A DNA stretch of 11,850 bases, taken from positions 1-11,850 of the forward strand of contig WAKA01000011.1 of the NCBI GenBank assembly GCA_015523565.1. Reading direction: 5' to 3'. A program made the position numbers and the translations under genes. Positions 7,076 to 11,850 of the stretch are shown here, one piece after another; position 1 is the first letter of the stretch, and each line of letters opens with the position of its first letter. This DNA comes from Candidatus Heimdallarchaeota archaeon. GTDB taxonomy: Archaea; Asgardarchaeota; Heimdallarchaeia; Heimdallarchaeales; Kariarchaeaceae. The notes under the pieces were generated by a model. That model worked only from the letters and a program-made list of their open reading frames with translations, made no database searches and was not told the DNA's origin.

Positions 7076-7131
7076 GCAGCCACCTGATCTTTTTTTAGGT
7101 GGTTGCCTCCCTCCCCCCATGAATAATTTTT
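7076..7131. ncRNA. Candidate small RNA: hairpin plus C-rich tail
   Basis: Stem GCAGCCACCT (7076-7085) / AGGTGGTTGC (7097-7106), followed by CTCCCTCCCCCC and a T5 tract at 7127-7131. TTATTAA at 7047-7053, preceded by purine-rich GAGAAAA, lies ~25 nt upstream. It is a GC-rich patch in an AT-rich spacer. Confidence 0.3.
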
Positions 7132-7410
7132 GTAAATTAAAATTGCAGAAATAGTAAAAAAATATCTTTTTATGAAAAGATGGCGAGAATATATAATTAT
7201 GGAATAAAGCATTATTTCATTTTTCAGCCAATTTACACATCGTTTCAGAACATTATTTTTAATAAACAATAATCCCAACAACCCAAGCAATGATAAGCTT
7301 GAACTTGATTTGGATGATTGCAAATTCCCATTGCACATCCAATTTGTAGTATATGATTGACCATGTGAGAAAAAATGCAAGAAGAAGAATGTTGAAGGGG
7401 ATAACAAGAA

Positions 7411-7457
7411 AAGCAAAGGTTATTTAAGTTACAAATCTAAATATGTTTAAAGAGGAG
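7411..7457 (+). promoter_or_regulatory. BRE/TATA-like element and Shine-Dalgarno of the ESCRT-III operon
   Basis: AAGCAAAGG-TTATTTAAG at 7411-7428. GAGGAG at 7452-7457 lies 7 nt before GTG 7465. Confidence 0.5.
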
Positions 7458-7464
7458 ACCTAAA

Positions 7465-8082
7465 GTGGTACGTGACTTAATAGGTTGGCTTGTAGGTGGC
7501 AAAAGTAAAAAATCTAGTCGAGAGCAAATAACAAACTTGAAACTAGTATCAAAGCGGCTTGCACGATCACAAAGGAAGCTTGAAAGCAAACAGAGGCAGG
7601 CAGAACGAAAGATCAAGCAGGCATTGCAAAAGGGAGATATGGAAGCGGCACGAATGTATGCCAATGATGTAGTTCGTGCCAAGAAATGGGCAAGAGGATA
7701 TCAAAGCCTAATTTCGAAGATAGATGGTTTGATGTTCAAGCTTGAAAGAACGGATGCAGTTCAATCCTTAGCTGGAGAAATGAAGGGAATTGCTACGAGT
7801 CTGAGAGAGGCAAGCGCGGCGTTGAAGATGCAAGGACTTGATGATGTCATTGCAGACATGGAAGAGGCAATGGAAGAGGTGGAGATTTCCAGCGAGGTCA
7901 TGGAGGATTCAGTGGAAGGCTTGTTTACCAGTGACATTGATGAAGGAGAGGTTGACAATCTCCTTGCAGAATATGGAGCAGAGGTTGGCATAAGTGCATC
8001 AAGTGGTTTACCGACACCTATTGCGACCTCAAAGGTTTCCGATCTTGAGAAAGAGATTGAGGAATTACGAAAAGACGATTAG
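7465..8082 (+). CDS. ESCRT-III (Snf7 domain) protein, Vps2/24/46 (CHMP1-3) class
   Basis: Basic N-terminal helical hairpin with the class-typical IKQALQKGDMEAARMYANDVVR, and an acidic C-terminal half. N-terminal amphipathic helix MVRDLIGWLVGG, EVDNLLAEY helix 5, LPTP linker, and C-terminal MIM1-like DLEKEIEELRK. Confidence 0.9.
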   Translation: MVRDLIGWLVGGKSKKSSREQITNLKLVSKRLARSQRKLESKQRQAERKIKQALQKGDMEAARMYANDVVRAKKWARGYQSLISKIDGLMFKLERTDAVQSLAGEMKGIATSLREASAALKMQGLDDVIADMEEAMEEVEISSEVMEDSVEGLFTSDIDEGEVDNLLAEYGAEVGISASSGLPTPIATSKVSDLEKEIEELRKDD

Positions 8083-8089
8083 GTGATGG

Positions 8090-8791
8090 ATGATGGGAAA
8101 GCTTAAGGATTGGTTATTTGGGAAAGACAAAAAATCAACGAAAAATAAAGAGGCAGAAGCCATTGCATTGTTGAAGAAACGTTTGAACAAGTATGAAATA
8201 GAATCAAGGAATCTTCAACAGAAGGCGGATGAACAAAAGGCATTGGCCAAGAAAATGCTGGCGTCAGGCAATAAGGCAGGGGCACGACAGGCATTGATGC
8301 GAAGCAAATTGTATATGCAAAAGTATAACAATACACAGAACCTGATGTTAAATCTCCATACACAGATTGAAACAATAAGCACTGCAAAAGAAACCGTTGA
8401 AACAGTCAAAGCATTGAAAGTAGGCAGTGATGTTGTTGAAACATCCCTTGGGGAGATTTCAGAATTGGATGCAGACAGGGTGATGGTTGAACTTGAAGAG
8501 CAACGTGACAGGCTGGGAGTATTGAATGAAGCATTATCAGACATTTCAGGATTGGAGATGGATCTTGAGGATGATTTTGCAGATAGCATTGATAACGAAC
8601 TGGCACAATTGGAACTCGAAATGGAGGCGGAAAAGCATGGTACCTTACCAGAGGTGGGAGCCAGTCCAGTAACCACCACCTCAGTAACAGAAAGCAAAGA
8701 AGAAGAAAAGGAGACAAAAGAAAGTTCAGAAGAAAGCTCAAATTTGGAAGATGAATTAGAAGCTTTGAAAAAGGAATTAGAGGGAAAATAG
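8090..8791 (+). CDS. ESCRT-III (Snf7 domain) protein, Vps20/32/60 (CHMP4-7) class
   Basis: GNKAGARQALMRSKLY (cf. Snf7 NKRAALQALKRKK), NLHTQIETISTA...TVKALKVG, IDNELAQLE, MIM2-like LPEVGASP, and C-terminal LEDELEALKKEL. AGGTGA RBS overlaps the upstream stop. Confidence 0.9.
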   Translation: MMGKLKDWLFGKDKKSTKNKEAEAIALLKKRLNKYEIESRNLQQKADEQKALAKKMLASGNKAGARQALMRSKLYMQKYNNTQNLMLNLHTQIETISTAKETVETVKALKVGSDVVETSLGEISELDADRVMVELEEQRDRLGVLNEALSDISGLEMDLEDDFADSIDNELAQLELEMEAEKHGTLPEVGASPVTTTSVTESKEEEKETKESSEESSNLEDELEALKKELEGK

Positions 8792-8804
8792 AAAAATAGA
8801 CAAT

Positions 8805-9761
8805 TCAAGACTTATTGTTTTGTGAAAGTCTTTTAATTAAGTCTTCAAGTAAGAGGTTTGAAGCAACATTCCATGTAGTTTTGTGAAGCAAGAGCAGTTC
8901 TGCAATATCATCACCAACATATAGGATTTCAGAAGAGATTGTTGACAAGACGCGATTCCGTAATGCCTTAAGTATTCGATTTTTCTTGGCATTCATCAAA
9001 GTGCCAGTTGCAACCAGCTTCTCTTTTCGTTTCTGAATTGAATCAAGAAGGGTCGGGATACCAGTCCCATTTGTTGCGATGACCTTGATGATCGGGGGAA
9101 TGGGGTTTTCAGAGGGAATAAGAGTCAGCATTGAATGGAGTTGATTTGCAAGACGTTCAGCATTTGGCATGTCGCTTTTGTTGATTACAAAAATATCTGC
9201 AATTTCCATGATGCCTGCTTTTATATGTTGAATGCTGTCCCCCAATCCAGGCACAACAACAACAATGGTTGTATCACAGAGTTCTGCAATTTCCACTTCA
9301 CTTTGACCGGCACCAACAGTTTCTACAATTATTGTGTCAAACCCAAAATGTTCATAGAGGAAGAGGACTTCAAGAGTGACAGCGGCAACACCGCCCAAAT
9401 GCCCCCTAGAACCCATACTTCGCATGTAGAAATTTTCCTTAAGTGTCTGGTCAAGCATTCTAATTCTGTCCCCCAATACAGCCCCTCCAGAAAATGGACT
9501 GGAAGGATCGACTGCAATGACACCAACCTTGTGATTGTTTTTCAGGAGCATCTCCACCATTTTATTGACCAATGTAGATTTTCCTGCTCCAGGCGGACCA
9601 GTAATCCCAATGATATGGGCTTTAGAGTCATTTAAAACGCCAAGTGAATTTAGCAGGGCATTTCCTTCATCAGTTTGGTTTTCAATAAGGGTGATTGCTC
9701 TGGCAAGTGCCCTTTTGTCCCCCTCCTTGATTCGTTTTGCCAAAGACTTGATTTTATCCAC
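8805..9761 (-). CDS. meaB: Methylmalonyl-CoA mutase-associated GTPase (MeaB/ArgK/MMAA family)
   Basis: RALARAITLIEN, IGITGPPGAGKST, AVDPSSPFSGGAVLGDRIRM, ETVGAGQSE, KAGIMEIADIFVINKSD. Confidence 0.95.
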   Translation of the reverse strand: MDKIKSLAKRIKEGDKRALARAITLIENQTDEGNALLNSLGVLNDSKAHIIGITGPPGAGKSTLVNKMVEMLLKNNHKVGVIAVDPSSPFSGGAVLGDRIRMLDQTLKENFYMRSMGSRGHLGGVAAVTLEVLFLYEHFGFDTIIVETVGAGQSEVEIAELCDTTIVVVVPGLGDSIQHIKAGIMEIADIFVINKSDMPNAERLANQLHSMLTLIPSENPIPPIIKVIATNGTGIPTLLDSIQKRKEKLVATGTLMNAKKNRILKALRNRVLSTISSEILYVGDDIAELLLLHKTTWNVASNLLLEDLIKRLSQNNKS

Positions 9762-9765
9762 AGGA

Positions 9766-11850
9766 TTATTTTGAAACTGCCTTCTTAAGGAATTTTCTAT
9801 TAGCAGGACGTTTCTGATTGTTTTGCTTGTTTCTTTCGCAATTTAGGTCAGGGCAAAATATCCAAGGTCTTTTTCCATTCATGATTTTTAACAAAGGAAG
9901 ACCACAGAAGGTACAAGTTTGGGAAGTCCGTAATATTTTTCCTTTTTGAGGCAATGGAAATGTAACATTGCAACTTTTATCTTTAAAGTAACTGGAACAT
10001 CCAATAAACCTTTTCCCGCTAGCGCGTGAGCTAACAATGCTGAGTGTTCCTGTTTTGCACACTGGGCAAGATCCCAATTCCAACGCTTCACGGTTTTGTT
10101 GCATTAATTCCCTTGCAATAATTGAACCAATTTCAAGTTCATTTTGTTGGAGTTCAGACAGTATGGTATGAAGAATTTCAATTCCTTGAAAGACTGCGTC
10201 CTTTAAAGTCAGCGAATTTCCGTTACTGAGGGATCCATTGATGGTCTGTTCAATTTGGTCACCCATTGCTTCCACTTCCCTGGACAATTCAACTGAGAGA
10301 ACCTGTGGAGAATAGTCAAGAAGGACATCATGAACAATTTTCCCCAATCGAGTTATTTTCAAGGGAGTTCCTTCAATATATTTTCGATTTATGAGAACTT
10401 GAATGGTTTCTGCTCTTGTAGCCTTGGTACCGATACCTGCATTTTCCATTTCCTTTAAGAGAGAAGCCTCATTGTAATAGGGTGGAGGAGAAGTGAATTT
10501 TTTAGTGTAGTCAAATTTGGTAAGAGGATAAACATCACCCACTTTTACAGGAGGAAGAGGTTTAAAGGTAGGCACTCCATATGGCATGGCCAAGTTCCAC
10601 CAGCCATTGTGGATGATTCTTTTGCCAGATAGGGTTAATTTGACATTTTTAACAGAGAATGTTATTTTTGTGTTTTCCACTTGGGCAGGGGATCCAAATG
10701 TTGCAAAGTAACGTTTGACAACGAGGTCGTAGATTTTTTCTGCATCAGCAGTCAATTTGGAGGGAGCCTGACCAGTTGGGTGAATGGCAGGATGTGCAGG
10801 GTCAGTTTTGGAACCTTGTTGTGGTTTTAGATTTTTATTCAGAAGTTTTTGGATATCAGGCTTAAGCTCTGCAAATTTTTTTTGTCTAATAAGACCTTTG
10901 AGGATATTGGCATGGTCAGTATTTGGAGGGTATTTCTGACTGGATGTACGTGGGTAGGAAATTGCAGCGTTAAGATACAATTGTTCAGCGGCATCAAGTG
11001 CACGGCGAGGAGTGATTTTGAAGTATCTGTAAGCATCACTTTGCAATTCAGAAAGGTTGTATGGAGGGGGTGGAGGAATTGATTTTTTGGTCTTCACGAC
11101 ATCGGAAACCTCTGCGGAAGGGGAGAAATTTTCCTCAATAATGGATTTAGCCCTTTCTAGTGTTTGAATTTGTGCAGGTGAATAATTAATTTGGAATAAG
11201 TTGTTCTTGATTTTAACTTCCGCTTCAATTTTGAAGTAAGGGATTGGAACAAAAGTATCTATTTCAAGCATCCGGTTAGCGACAAAAGACAGAGTTGGTC
11301 CCTGAACCCGTCCGATTGAAAGGGTTTGGTATCTGCCCGCGGCATTTTTGAGACTGAGAATCAGTGCGCGGGAAAGATTTATTCCCCATAGCCAATCAAG
11401 ATAATGGCGCATGAGCCCCCGTTGATACATCCCAAAGTTGATTCCGTTTTTGTTTGTAAGCGTTTTTGAGAGTGCATTGGTAATTTCTTTTTTTGTCAAT
11501 GATGAAAATTTCATTCGGAGTATATTTTCAAGAGGTACATCAACCAATTCGGAAAATGTTACACCGCCAATTACTTCCCCTTCTTGATCGTAGTCGGTCA
11601 TGATAAGCAAGCGTTTGGCTTTGCCAGCTAATGCTCGAATTGCCTCTACAGTGGCTTCCATTCTTTTTTCATGTTTCGTAAGAGATTTTCTTTTGGCTTT
11701 TGTATAGGATACAGGAACCCATTTATAATCATAAGTCGGATATGTCCACCCTATGCCATTTTGAATTAAGGTAAAAAGATGACCAAGAGCAGGAATTATA
11801 ATGATATAATGATCTTCAAACGTCGTGCTATAAACTTCAATATCTTGGAG
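9766..11850 (-). CDS. topA: DNA topoisomerase type IA (archaeal TopA/Topo III-like), 5' end outside the window
   Basis: The frame is open 63 codons beyond 11661 to the window edge (PALGHLF, TOPRIM domain). Motifs TDYDQEGE, SIGRVQGPTL, catalytic ISYPRTSS, AHPAIHPT and GIGTKATRA, plus two C-terminal C4 zinc ribbons and a basic tail. Confidence 0.95.
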   Translation of the reverse strand, partial: LQDIEVYSTTFEDHYIIIIPALGHLFTLIQNGIGWTYPTYDYKWVPVSYTKAKRKSLTKHEKRMEATVEAIRALAGKAKRLLIMTDYDQEGEVIGGVTFSELVDVPLENILRMKFSSLTKKEITNALSKTLTNKNGINFGMYQRGLMRHYLDWLWGINLSRALILSLKNAAGRYQTLSIGRVQGPTLSFVANRMLEIDTFVPIPYFKIEAEVKIKNNLFQINYSPAQIQTLERAKSIIEENFSPSAEVSDVVKTKKSIPPPPPYNLSELQSDAYRYFKITPRRALDAAEQLYLNAAISYPRTSSQKYPPNTDHANILKGLIRQKKFAELKPDIQKLLNKNLKPQQGSKTDPAHPAIHPTGQAPSKLTADAEKIYDLVVKRYFATFGSPAQVENTKITFSVKNVKLTLSGKRIIHNGWWNLAMPYGVPTFKPLPPVKVGDVYPLTKFDYTKKFTSPPPYYNEASLLKEMENAGIGTKATRAETIQVLINRKYIEGTPLKITRLGKIVHDVLLDYSPQVLSVELSREVEAMGDQIEQTINGSLSNGNSLTLKDAVFQGIEILHTILSELQQNELEIGSIIARELMQQNREALELGSCPVCKTGTLSIVSSRASGKRFIGCSSYFKDKSCNVTFPLPQKGKILRTSQTCTFCGLPLLKIMNGKRPWIFCPDLNCERNKQNNQKRPANRKFLKKAVSK

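Noticed and set aside
7289-7360. Possible C/D box sRNA (ATGATAA...TTGA)
   Set aside because: Boxes deviate from RUGAUGA/CUGA and the spacing is irregular.
7027-7416. 129-aa minus-strand ORF in the tRNA-ESCRT spacer
   Set aside because: Low-complexity Phe/Leu/Ser composition from AT-rich DNA, TTG start and no recognisable domain.
7437-8808. Minus-strand ORFs antisense to the ESCRT-III genes (including the 197-aa Ser-rich ORF)
   Set aside because: Antisense shadows of Glu/Lys-rich coding sequence.
9135-11082. Alternative-frame ORFs inside meaB and topA
   Set aside because: They overlap well-supported conserved genes and have no motifs of their own.

Overview
AT-rich archaeal DNA, most likely from an Asgard archaeon. 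This is inferred from a tandem eukaryote-like ESCRT-III pair (Vps2/24/46 and Vps20/32/60 classes), an intron-containing tRNA without encoded CCA, an archaeal-type topoisomerase IA and TATA-box promoters. The right half (6775-11850) is core-like: tRNA-Arg(UCU) with an intron, a two-gene ESCRT-III operon with no adjacent Vps4/ESCRT-II, and convergent meaB and topA. The left half is accessory. It holds a secreted divergent S8 subtilase missed by the ORF track (<1-1068), merA with a divergent small CC-containing membrane protein, and a decayed SF2 helicase-DUF3427 gene. That helicase is split by a ~2.2 kb insertion flanked by a 7-bp direct repeat (CATATGT). The insertion encodes no transposase. 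It carries a 5'-truncated paralog of the S8 protease coupled to a surface glycoprotein gene and ends just after that gene's T-rich 3' tail. Removing it restores the helicase frame exactly. A candidate small RNA hairpin with sequence links to the pre-tRNA lies between the tRNA and the ESCRT-III genes.
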